Shown here in pieces: positions 53,098-61,514 of a DNA stretch of 64,000 nucleotides (position 1 is the stretch's first letter; the number at the start of each line of letters is the position of its first letter). The translations under genes were made by a program, and so were the position numbers. The stretch is from the NCBI GenBank assembly GCA_944383705.1, contig CALWQR010000002.1, positions 5,118-69,117 on the forward strand, written 5' to 3'. Below the pieces are notes generated by a model that worked only from the letters and a program-made list of their open reading frames with translations, was not told where the DNA came from and did not search any database. This DNA is from an uncultured Clostridia bacterium. GTDB taxonomy: Bacteria; Bacillota; Clostridia; Oscillospirales; CAG-272.

Positions 53098-53136
53098 CTT
53101 GATCGCTGGGGGTTAAGTGTGCCCTTTTGTATTTTT
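53091..53136 (+). terminator. Riboswitch expression-platform terminator
   Basis: GGGCAC...GTGCCC stem followed by TTTTGTATTTTT. The left arm overlaps the 3' pseudoknot segment of the ZTP aptamer. Confidence 0.7.
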
Positions 53137-53192
53137 CCGGCGCCGGCCGCCCCACGGGCGGCCGGCCCGGACCACAGGAAAGGTGAAGAATT

Positions 53193-53687
53193 ATGAAAAA
53201 AGTCGGAATTGTCATGGGGAGCGACAGCGACCTGCCCATTCTCGAGAAAGCCATGAACACGCTGGCCTCCTTCGGCGTCCCCTACGAGGTACACGTGTAT
53301 TCGGCCCACCGCACGCCGGACGAGGCCATTGCGTTTGCGCGCGGAGCGGCCGGAGCGGGCTTTGGCGTGCTGATTGCCGCCGCCGGCATGGCTGCGCACC
53401 TGGCCGGAGTGCTGGCGGCAAACACCACGCTGCCGGTCATCGGAATCCCCTGCAAATCCCAGAATCTGGATGGCATGGACGCCCTGCTTTCCACCGTGCA
53501 GATGCCCTCGGGCATTCCGGTTGCCACGGTTGCAATCAACGGGGGGGTCAATGCCGCTTTGCTTGCCTGTCAGATGCTGGCGCTCTCGGACGACGCCCTG
53601 GCCGTCCGTCTGCGCGAGAAGCGCGAGAGCGATACCCGCGCGGTCCTGGAAAAGGACGCGCGCATCAGCCGGGAGTACAGCCGCTGA
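53193..53687 (+). CDS. purE: 5-(carboxyamino)imidazole ribonucleotide mutase
   Basis: VGIVMGSDSDLPIL, SAHRTP and AAGMAAHLAGVLAANTTLPVIGIP motifs. Confidence 0.9.
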   Translation: MKKVGIVMGSDSDLPILEKAMNTLASFGVPYEVHVYSAHRTPDEAIAFARGAAGAGFGVLIAAAGMAAHLAGVLAANTTLPVIGIPCKSQNLDGMDALLSTVQMPSGIPVATVAINGGVNAALLACQMLALSDDALAVRLREKRESDTRAVLEKDARISREYSR

Positions 53688-53755
53688 GCGGCTGCGGCTG
53701 CCCGGCCGGTGTGAGGCGGGCAATCTGATTTTTCTGTTTTCGTCAAGGAGGGCCT

Positions 53756-55231
53756 ATGGGAGGCTTTTTTGGAGCTGTTGGCAAGGACAGCGTCATCTCG
53801 GATGTCTTTTTCGGAACCGATTACCACTCGCATCTCGGTACGCGGAGCGGCGGTATGGCGGCGTTCGACCCGGTCATCGGGCTGCAGCGCAACATTCACA
53901 ACATCGAAAATTCCCCCTTCCGCACCAAATTCGAGCATATTTTTGAGGAGATGCGGGGCAATGCCGCCATTGGCTGCATCAACGATACCGACCCGCAGCC
54001 CCTGCTGATTCGTTCGCGGCTGGGCACCTATGCCATCTGCTTTGTGGGGACGGTGATCAATGCCGAGGCGCTCATCGACCGCTATCTGTCGGCCAACGGG
54101 GGGCATTTCGGCGCCATGACGGCCGGCCGGGTCAACACCACCGAGCTGGTTGCCGCGCTGATCAACCAGAAGCAGAGCTTTGCCGAGGGCATCCGCTTTG
54201 CGCAGGAGGTCATCGAGGGCTCGGCCTCAATTTTGCTGCTGTCGGAGGACGGCAGGCTGATTGCCGCGCGCGACCGCGTGGGGCGGCTGCCGGTGCTGGT
54301 CGGCAGGAACCGCAACGGGCACTGCGTGTCGTTTGAGTCCTTCGCCGCGCAAAAGCTGGGGTATACCCCCGAGCGCGAGCTGGGGCCGGGCGAGATTGTG
54401 GAGCTGACCGCCGACCGTTTGACCGTGCTGCGCGGGCCGGGGGAGGAGATGCACATCTGCGCCTTCCTCTGGAGCTATTACGGCTACCCGCCCTCAACCT
54501 ACGAGGGGGTCAACGTGGAGGTCATGCGCTACCGCAACGGTGAGATCCTGGCCGAGAACGACGAGGCCGCAGGCAACCGGCCGGACATCGATTATGTCTG
54601 CGGGGTGCCGGATTCGGGAACGCCGCACGCCATCGGCTATGCCAACCGCAGCCGGATTCCGTTTGCGCGTCCGTTCATCAAATACACCCCGACCTGGCCC
54701 CGCAGTTTTATGCCGGCCAACCAGACCGACCGCAACAAGGTGGCCAAAATGAAGCAGGTGCCGGTGGACGAGCTGATTCACGGCAAGCGGCTGCTGTTTG
54801 TGGACGACTCGATTGTGCGGGGGACCCAGCTGCGCGAGACCGTGGAGTTCCTCTACGAAAACGGCGCCGCCGCGGTACATATGCGTTCGGCCTGCCCGCC
54901 AATCATGTACGGCTGCAAGTATCTCAATTTCTCGCGTGCCACCAGCGACATGGAGCTGATTACGCGCTCCACCATTGTGGAGCTGGAGGGAGAGGAGGGG
55001 CTGCGGCACCTGGGTGAGTACAGCGATTCCTCCACCGAGCGCGGGAAGGCCATGCGGCAGGCCATCTGCAAAAAGCTGCACCTGGCCTCGCTGGAGTTCC
55101 AGACGCTGGAGGGCCTCTCCCGCGCCATCGGCATAGATCCCTGCCGCCTGTGCACCTACTGCTGGAACGGGCGGGAGCCCTCCCGGCCGGACGGCGGGAG
55201 CGTCTCGCCGGAGGCAGTGGCAGGGAAATGA
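53756..55231 (+). CDS. purF: Amidophosphoribosyltransferase homolog (PRTase domain intact; N-terminal Gn-AT domain lacks Cys1)
   Basis: PRPP motif LLFVDDSIVRGTQL and C-terminal Cys residues (CPPIMYGC, CRLCTYC). The N-terminus is MGGFFGAVG where canonical PurF has MCG(I/V)xG. AAGGAGG RBS supports this start. Confidence 0.8.
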   Translation: MGGFFGAVGKDSVISDVFFGTDYHSHLGTRSGGMAAFDPVIGLQRNIHNIENSPFRTKFEHIFEEMRGNAAIGCINDTDPQPLLIRSRLGTYAICFVGTVINAEALIDRYLSANGGHFGAMTAGRVNTTELVAALINQKQSFAEGIRFAQEVIEGSASILLLSEDGRLIAARDRVGRLPVLVGRNRNGHCVSFESFAAQKLGYTPERELGPGEIVELTADRLTVLRGPGEEMHICAFLWSYYGYPPSTYEGVNVEVMRYRNGEILAENDEAAGNRPDIDYVCGVPDSGTPHAIGYANRSRIPFARPFIKYTPTWPRSFMPANQTDRNKVAKMKQVPVDELIHGKRLLFVDDSIVRGTQLRETVEFLYENGAAAVHMRSACPPIMYGCKYLNFSRATSDMELITRSTIVELEGEEGLRHLGEYSDSSTERGKAMRQAICKKLHLASLEFQTLEGLSRAIGIDPCRLCTYCWNGREPSRPDGGSVSPEAVAGK

Positions 55232-55268
55232 GACGCCAAACCCAATTCCAAGAAAGGATGTTTGCATC

Positions 55269-56312
55269 ATGAACGAACTTTCCAAGTCCGAGAGCTACGC
55301 CGCCGCCGGCGTGGACATCACCGCCGGGTACCGCGCGGTGGAGCTGATGAAATCCCATATCGCCCGCACCGCTACGCCCGGGGTCTGCTCGGACATCGGT
55401 GGGTTTGGCGGCCTGTTTGAGCCGGATCTGAGCGGGATGACCCGCCCGGTGCTGGTCAGCGGCACCGACGGCGTGGGCACCAAGCTCAAGCTCGCGTTTC
55501 TGATGAACCGGCACGACACGGTGGGCATCGACTGCGTGGCCATGTGCGTCAACGACATTGTCTGCTGCGGCGCGCGGCCGCTCTTCTTCCTCGATTACAT
55601 CGCCTGCGGCAAGAACGTCCCCGAGAAAATCGCCGACATTGTCAAGGGCGTGGCCGAGGGCTGCGTGCAGGCCGGCGCGGCGCTCATCGGCGGGGAGACC
55701 GCCGAGATGCCCGGCTTTTATCCGGAGGACGAGTACGACCTGGCCGGCTATGCCACCGGCATTGTGGACAAATCCGCCATCATCGACAACCGGACCATGC
55801 GCGAGGGGGACGTGATTCTGGCGCTGCCCTCCAGCGGGGTGCATTCCAACGGCTTCTCGCTGGTGCGCAAGGTGTTTGACGTGGAGCATACCGACCTGCG
55901 CGCTCCGGTAGAGGCGCTGGGCGGGCAGTCGCTGGGCGAGGCGCTGCTCACGCCGACCCGGATCTATGTCAGGCCGGTGCTGGCGCTGGCCGCACAGGTG
56001 CCGGTCCGGGGCATCTCTCACATCACCGGCGGCGGCTTTTACGAGAACATCCCGCGCAGCATTCCGGACGGCCTGGGGGCCGAAATCGAAAAGAAGGACG
56101 TGCGCGTGCTGCCCATCTTCCGCCTGATTGCCGAGCGGGGCGGCATCTGCGAGCGCGACATGTTCAACACCTTCAATATGGGCGTGGGCATGAGCATTGT
56201 GGTGCCGGCCGCCGACGCCGACCGCGCGCTGGATATTCTGCGGGACAACGGCGAGCAGCCCTACCGGCTGGGGCGCATCATCCGCTCGGACGAAAAAATC
56301 GTCCTGCGCTGA
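55269..56312 (+). CDS. purM: Phosphoribosylformylglycinamidine cyclo-ligase (AIR synthetase)
   Basis: SYAAAGVDI, DGVGTKLK and DCVAMCVNDI motifs. Confidence 0.95.
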   Translation: MNELSKSESYAAAGVDITAGYRAVELMKSHIARTATPGVCSDIGGFGGLFEPDLSGMTRPVLVSGTDGVGTKLKLAFLMNRHDTVGIDCVAMCVNDIVCCGARPLFFLDYIACGKNVPEKIADIVKGVAEGCVQAGAALIGGETAEMPGFYPEDEYDLAGYATGIVDKSAIIDNRTMREGDVILALPSSGVHSNGFSLVRKVFDVEHTDLRAPVEALGGQSLGEALLTPTRIYVRPVLALAAQVPVRGISHITGGGFYENIPRSIPDGLGAEIEKKDVRVLPIFRLIAERGGICERDMFNTFNMGVGMSIVVPAADADRALDILRDNGEQPYRLGRIIRSDEKIVLR

Positions 56313-56324
56313 GGGGGTGCGCGC

Positions 56325-57002
56325 ATGAAGGATACCGTAAACATTGCCGTGCTGGTCTCGGGTGGGGGCACAAACCTGCAGGCCCTGATCAATGCACAGC
56401 GAAAGGGACTGCTGCCCAGCGGCAGAATTGTGTTGGTCATCTCCAACCGGCCGGACGCCTACGCTCTGACCCGTGCGGCCAACGCGGGCATTGCCACCGC
56501 GGTGGTGCCCAAAACCGCCTGCTCCGGTCAGCAGGAGTTTGAGGCGCGCATCCTGCGGCTGCTGGAGGAGGCCGGGGCCGAGCTGATTGTGCTGGCCGGC
56601 TTTCTCTCGATTCTCAGTCAGGATTTCACCGACCGTTATCCCCGCCGCATCATCAACGTGCATCCCTCGCTGATTCCGGCGTTCTGCGGCAAGGGGTATT
56701 TCGGTCTGCATGTGCACGAGGCCGCGCTCCTGCGCGGCGTCAAGGTGACCGGCGCAACGGTTCATTTTGTCAACGAAATTCCGGACGGCGGCGCCATCAT
56801 CATGCAAAAGGCGGTGACGGTCCGTGAGGACGATACCCCCAAGAGCCTGCAGGCGCGCGTCATGCGGCAGGCCGAATGGAAGATTCTGCCCGCGGCAGTC
56901 GAGCAGGTCTGCGCTGGGCTGCTTGCCGCCCCTGCCGCAGCGGCCGAACCCGCAAAGCCGGTCCGGACCGGCTGGAGAAGAAAGGATATGAAGCTGAGAT
57001 GA
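56325..57002 (+). CDS. purN: Phosphoribosylglycinamide formyltransferase
   Basis: IAVLVSGGGTNLQALI, INVHPSLIPAFCG and GATVHFV motifs. Confidence 0.9.
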   Translation: MKDTVNIAVLVSGGGTNLQALINAQRKGLLPSGRIVLVISNRPDAYALTRAANAGIATAVVPKTACSGQQEFEARILRLLEEAGAELIVLAGFLSILSQDFTDRYPRRIINVHPSLIPAFCGKGYFGLHVHEAALLRGVKVTGATVHFVNEIPDGGAIIMQKAVTVREDDTPKSLQARVMRQAEWKILPAAVEQVCAGLLAAPAAAAEPAKPVRTGWRRKDMKLR

Positions 57003-57727
57003 AATCCATGGATATTTATCAGATCCCCGATATTGCCGGGCGCGTGCGCGGCAACTCCTATGTGGGGCGGGGCATTGTCATCGGCAAGAGCGAGGACGGG
57101 CGTTCGGCCTGCACGGCCTATTTCATCATGGGGCGCAGCCGCAACAGCCGCAACCGCGTGTTTGCCGAGCGGGACGGCGTGCTGTACACCGAGCCGTATG
57201 ACGCCTCGCTGGTCGAGGACCCGAGCCTGATCATCTATGCCGCCGTGCGGGAGTACGGCAACCGCCTCATTGTCACCAACGGCGACCAGACCGATACCGT
57301 TTACCACGGCCTTGCCCGGGGCAAAAGCTTCAGCCAGGCGCTGCAGTCCCGCTGCTTTGAGCCCGACGCTCCCAACTTCACCCCACGCATCAGCGGACTG
57401 CTGACCTTCGGGGACCGGGATTTCAGCTATGAGATGAGCATTCTCAAAAGCGCCGACGCCGCCGGCAGCGCCTGCTGCCGCTATACCTTCTCCTATCCTG
57501 CCCTGCCGGGGCTGGGACATTTCCTGCACACCTACGTGTGCGACGGGGACCCGATTCCCACCTTCCAGGGCGAGCCCGAGCGGGTGCGCATTCCCAACGA
57601 TATCGACGCCTTTGCCGACCCGCTGTGGGAGGCGCTGGACGCCGACAACAAAATTTCGCTCTACGTCCGTTATACCGATCTCGTCACCGGAAAGACCGAG
57701 ACACGGCTGATCAACAAAAACCGCTGA
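56999..57727 (+). CDS. IMP cyclohydrolase, PurO-like (IMP_cyclohyd family)
   Basis: YVGRGIVIGKSEDG...YFIMGRSRNSRNRVF...TNGDQTD...FEPDAPNFTPRISG matches the stand-alone IMP cyclohydrolase family. ATG 56999 overlaps the purN stop. Confidence 0.8.
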   Translation: MKSMDIYQIPDIAGRVRGNSYVGRGIVIGKSEDGRSACTAYFIMGRSRNSRNRVFAERDGVLYTEPYDASLVEDPSLIIYAAVREYGNRLIVTNGDQTDTVYHGLARGKSFSQALQSRCFEPDAPNFTPRISGLLTFGDRDFSYEMSILKSADAAGSACCRYTFSYPALPGLGHFLHTYVCDGDPIPTFQGEPERVRIPNDIDAFADPLWEALDADNKISLYVRYTDLVTGKTETRLINKNR

Positions 57728-57776
57728 GCAGCGGTACCGGAAAAACCGTTTGAACCGACAGAAAGGAAGCCCGAGC

Positions 57777-58961
57777 ATGAAAGAATTTGAACTGAAATAC
57801 GGCTGCAACCCCAACCAGAAGCCCGCCCGCATTTTTATGCAGGACGGGAGCGACCTGCCGATTGAGATTCTCAACGGCCGGCCCGGCTACATCAATTTTC
57901 TTGACGCCTTCAACAGCTGGCAGCTGGTCAGGGAGCTGAAGGAGGCGCTCGGTCTTCCCGCGGCCACCTCCTTCAAGCATGTCAGCCCGACCTCCGCGGC
58001 GGTTGGCCTGCCGCTTTCCGACAGCCTCAAGAAGGCCTGCTTTGTGGACGATGTTGCCGGGCTGGACGCCTCCCCGCTGGCCTGCGCCTATGCGCGGGCG
58101 CGGGGTACCGACCGCATGTGCTCGTTCGGGGACTGGGTGGCCCTTTCGGACGAGTGCGACGCGATGACCGCAAGGCTGCTGGCCCGCGAGGTGTCGGACG
58201 GCATCATTGCGCCGGGCTACAGCCCCGAGGCGCTGGAAATTCTCAAAACCAAGAAAAAAGGCAATTACAACATCGTGCGCATCGACCCGGCCTATGTGCC
58301 GGCGGCGGTGGAGCGCAAGCAGGTGTTCGGCGTGACCTTTGAGCAGGGGCGCAACAACTTCCGCATCGACCGCGCGCTGCTGGGCAATATCGTGACCAAA
58401 GAGAAAAATCTGCCCGAGAACGCGGTGCGGGATCTGATTGTCTCGCTCATCACGCTCAAATACACGCAGTCCAACTCGGTCTGCTACGCGGTGGACGGTC
58501 AGGCCATCGGTGTGGGGGCAGGGCAGCAGTCCCGCATTCACTGCACCCGCCTGGCCGGCACCAAGGCCGACACGTGGTTTTTGCGCCAGCATGAAAAGGT
58601 GCTGGCTCTGCCCTTCCTCGATACCCTGAAGCGCCCCGACCGGGACAACGTCATCGACGGCTACATCAACCGCAACGAGGAGGACGTCTGCGCCGACGGC
58701 ATCTGGCAGAAGTACTTCAAAACCCGCCCCGAGCCCCTGACTGACGCCGAGATCCGGGCCTACCTTTCGGGCATTGACGGCGTCTCTCTCGGATCGGATG
58801 CGTTTTTCCCGTTTGACGACAACATCGAGCGCGCCCGCCGCAGCGGCGTGCGCTATGTGGCCGAGCCGGGCGGCTCGATCCGCGACGACGCTGTGATTGC
58901 CTGCTGCGACAAATACGGCATGACCATGGCCTTTACCGGCATGCGGCTGTTCCACCACTGA
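57777..58961 (+). CDS. purH: AICAR formyltransferase (PurH AICARFT domain only, no MGS-like cyclohydrolase domain)
   Basis: [10 protein letters not shown]-terminus, [10 protein letters not shown] and the C-terminal [11 protein letters not shown]...GGSIRD...[11 protein letters not shown]. Confidence 0.85.
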   Translation: MKEFELKYGCNPNQKPARIFMQDGSDLPIEILNGRPGYINFLDAFNSWQLVRELKEALGLPAATSFKHVSPTSAAVGLPLSDSLKKACFVDDVAGLDASPLACAYARARGTDRMCSFGDWVALSDECDAMTARLLAREVSDGIIAPGYSPEALEILKTKKKGNYNIVRIDPAYVPAAVERKQVFGVTFEQGRNNFRIDRALLGNIVTKEKNLPENAVRDLIVSLITLKYTQSNSVCYAVDGQAIGVGAGQQSRIHCTRLAGTKADTWFLRQHEKVLALPFLDTLKRPDRDNVIDGYINRNEEDVCADGIWQKYFKTRPEPLTDAEIRAYLSGIDGVSLGSDAFFPFDDNIERARRSGVRYVAEPGGSIRDDAVIACCDKYGMTMAFTGMRLFHH

Positions 58962-58986
58962 TTCCCCCGGAAGGAGAAAAATAGAA

Positions 58987-60225
58987 ATGTTTTTTGAAAA
59001 GCTGAACCAGTATGACCCCGAGGTGTACGCCTCCTGCCAACGGGAGCTGACCCGGCAGCAGCACAACATTGAGCTGATTGCCTCCGAGAACATCGTCTCC
59101 GAGGCCGTCCTGCTGGCGGCCGGCACCGTGCTGACCAACAAGTACGCCGAGGGCTACCCCGGCAAGCGCTACTACGGCGGCTGCGTATACGTGGACGAGG
59201 TGGAGGAGCTGGCCCGCACACGGGCGAAACAGCTGTTTGGCGCCGAGCACGCCAATGTCCAGCCGCACAGCGGCGCCAATGCCAATCTGGCCGTCTTTTT
59301 CGCCCTGCTCAATCCCGGCGATACGGTGCTCTCGATGAGCCTGGCGCACGGCGGGCATCTCTCGCACGGCTCCCCGGTCAATATTTCGGGAAAGTATTTC
59401 CACATCGTCCCCTATTTTGTGGACGACGAAACGCAGACCATCAATTACGAGGCTCTGCGCAGGCTGGCGCATGAGAGCAGGCCGAAGCTGATTCTGGCCG
59501 GCGCAAGTGCCTATCCGCGGGCGATTGACTTCAAACAATTCCGCGAGATTGCCGACGAGGTGGGGGCCTACCTGATGGTGGACATGGCGCACATTGCCGG
59601 CCTTGTGGCCGCCGGCGTGCACGAAAGCCCGGTGCCCTATGCCGACGTGGTCACCACCACCACGCACAAAACGCTGCGCGGCCCGCGCGGGGGACTGATT
59701 CTCTGCCGCGAGCAGTACGCCAAGCAGATTGACAAGGCGGTGTTCCCGGGCACGCAGGGCGGGCCGCTGATGCACATCATCGCCGCCAAGGCAGTTGCCT
59801 TCGGCGAGGCGCTGACCCCGGCCTTCTGCGAGTACCAGCAGCGCATTGTGCAGAACGCAAAGGTGCTCTCCGAGGCGCTGCTGGAAAAGGGCTTTCACCT
59901 GGTGTCGGGCGGCACCGACAACCACCTGATGCTGCTGGATCTGCGCGGGACGGGGCTGACCGGCAAGGAGCTGGAGCGGCGGCTGGACGAGGTGCACATC
60001 ACGGCCAACAAGAACGCGATTCCGAACGACCCCGAAAGCCCGTTTGTCACCAGCGGCGTGCGCATCGGCACCCCTGCGGTCACCTCGCGCGGCTTCGGCA
60101 TCGACGAGATGAAGCGGATTGCAGACTTCATCGCCGATGTGACGTTCGATTTTGAAAACAGCCGCGAGCGCGTCAGCCGCGAGGTCATGGCGCTGTGCGA
60201 CAAATTCCCGATTTACCGTGACTGA
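58987..60225 (+). CDS. glyA: Serine hydroxymethyltransferase
   Basis: [24 protein letters not shown] and [14 protein letters not shown] (PLP-Lys) motifs. Confidence 0.95.
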   Translation: MFFEKLNQYDPEVYASCQRELTRQQHNIELIASENIVSEAVLLAAGTVLTNKYAEGYPGKRYYGGCVYVDEVEELARTRAKQLFGAEHANVQPHSGANANLAVFFALLNPGDTVLSMSLAHGGHLSHGSPVNISGKYFHIVPYFVDDETQTINYEALRRLAHESRPKLILAGASAYPRAIDFKQFREIADEVGAYLMVDMAHIAGLVAAGVHESPVPYADVVTTTTHKTLRGPRGGLILCREQYAKQIDKAVFPGTQGGPLMHIIAAKAVAFGEALTPAFCEYQQRIVQNAKVLSEALLEKGFHLVSGGTDNHLMLLDLRGTGLTGKELERRLDEVHITANKNAIPNDPESPFVTSGVRIGTPAVTSRGFGIDEMKRIADFIADVTFDFENSRERVSREVMALCDKFPIYRD

Positions 60226-60240
60226 GGAGAGGATGCAGAG

Positions 60241-61509
60241 ATGAACATTCTGGTTGTCGGCGGCGGCGGGCGGGAGCACGCCATCATCAAAAAAATCAGG
60301 GAAAACCGCCAGGTGACAAGCATCTGGGCGCTGCCCGGCAACGGCGGCATTGCCGCCGACGCCGAGTGCGTGGACATCAAGGCCACCGATATCGAGGGCA
60401 TTGTGGCGTTTGCCGCCTCGCACAGGGTGGACTACGCCGTTGTCGCGCCGGACGACCCGCTGGTGCTGGGCTGCGTGGACGCGCTGGAGGCCCGGGGCAT
60501 CCCCTGCTTCGGCCCGCGCGCCAATGCCGCCATCATCGAGGGGAGCAAGGTCTTTTCCAAAAACCTGATGAAGAAATACGGCATTCCCACCGCGGCATAC
60601 GAGGTGTTTGACGAGCTTGACGCCGCGCTGGCCTATCTCGAGAATGCCCCCGTCCCCACCGTGGTCAAGGCCGACGGGCTGGCGCTGGGCAAGGGCGTGA
60701 TCATCGCGCAGACCCGGCAGGAGGCCCGCGATGCGGTCATCTCCATGATGCGGGACGGCAAATTCGGCAAGAGCGGCAGCCGGGTGGTGATTGAGGAGTT
60801 CCTCACAGGCCCCGAGGTCTCGGTGCTTTCGTTTACCGACGGCAAAACCGTGGTACCGATGGTCTCCTCGATGGACCACAAAAGAGTCGGAGAGGGGGAC
60901 ACCGGCCTGAACACCGGCGGCATGGGCACGGTTGCGCCCAATCCCTATTACACCGACGCGGTGGCAGCCGAGTGCATGGAGCGCATTTTCCTGCCCACCG
61001 TGCGCGCGATGGCGGCCGAGGGCAGACCCTTCAAGGGCTGTCTCTATTTCGGTCTGATGCTCACGCCGGACGGCCCCCGTGTGATCGAATACAACTGCCG
61101 CTTCGGCGACCCTGAAACGCAGGTGGTGCTGCCTCTGCTCGAGAGCGATCTGCTCACGGTCATGCAGGCGGCCACCGAGGAGCGCCTCGGCGAGGTGGAG
61201 GTGAAATTCCGCCCGGGCTGCGCGGCCTGCGTGATCATGGCCTCGGGCGGCTACCCGGAGCACTACGCGAAGGGCTATGAAATCAGCATTCCTGATGATC
61301 TGGACGCGCAGGTCTATGTGGCCGGCGCCGAGAGACGGGACGGAAAGCTGGTCACCAGCGGCGGCCGGGTGCTGGGTGTGACCGCTGTGCGGGATACCCT
61401 GAGGGAGGCACTGGACGCCTCCTATGCGGCTGTCCGTCGCATTTCGTTCCGGGATGCGTATTACCGCCGCGACATCGGCGCGCGGGCGCTACGGGCAAAG
61501 GAGGATTGA
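60241..61509 (+). CDS. purD: Phosphoribosylamine--glycine ligase
   Basis: MNILVVGGGGREHAI and ATP-grasp motifs (VVKADGLALGKGV, EYNCRFGDPE). Confidence 0.95.
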   Translation: MNILVVGGGGREHAIIKKIRENRQVTSIWALPGNGGIAADAECVDIKATDIEGIVAFAASHRVDYAVVAPDDPLVLGCVDALEARGIPCFGPRANAAIIEGSKVFSKNLMKKYGIPTAAYEVFDELDAALAYLENAPVPTVVKADGLALGKGVIIAQTRQEARDAVISMMRDGKFGKSGSRVVIEEFLTGPEVSVLSFTDGKTVVPMVSSMDHKRVGEGDTGLNTGGMGTVAPNPYYTDAVAAECMERIFLPTVRAMAAEGRPFKGCLYFGLMLTPDGPRVIEYNCRFGDPETQVVLPLLESDLLTVMQAATEERLGEVEVKFRPGCAACVIMASGGYPEHYAKGYEISIPDDLDAQVYVAGAERRDGKLVTSGGRVLGVTAVRDTLREALDASYAAVRRISFRDAYYRRDIGARALRAKED

Positions 61510-61514
61510 GGCTT

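Noticed and set aside
52955-53136. Purine (guanine/adenine) riboswitch upstream of purE
   Set aside because: No three-way junction with the conserved UAUA...CCGUAAAUGUCCGACUA-type loops. The sequence instead matches the two ZTP/pfl subdomains.
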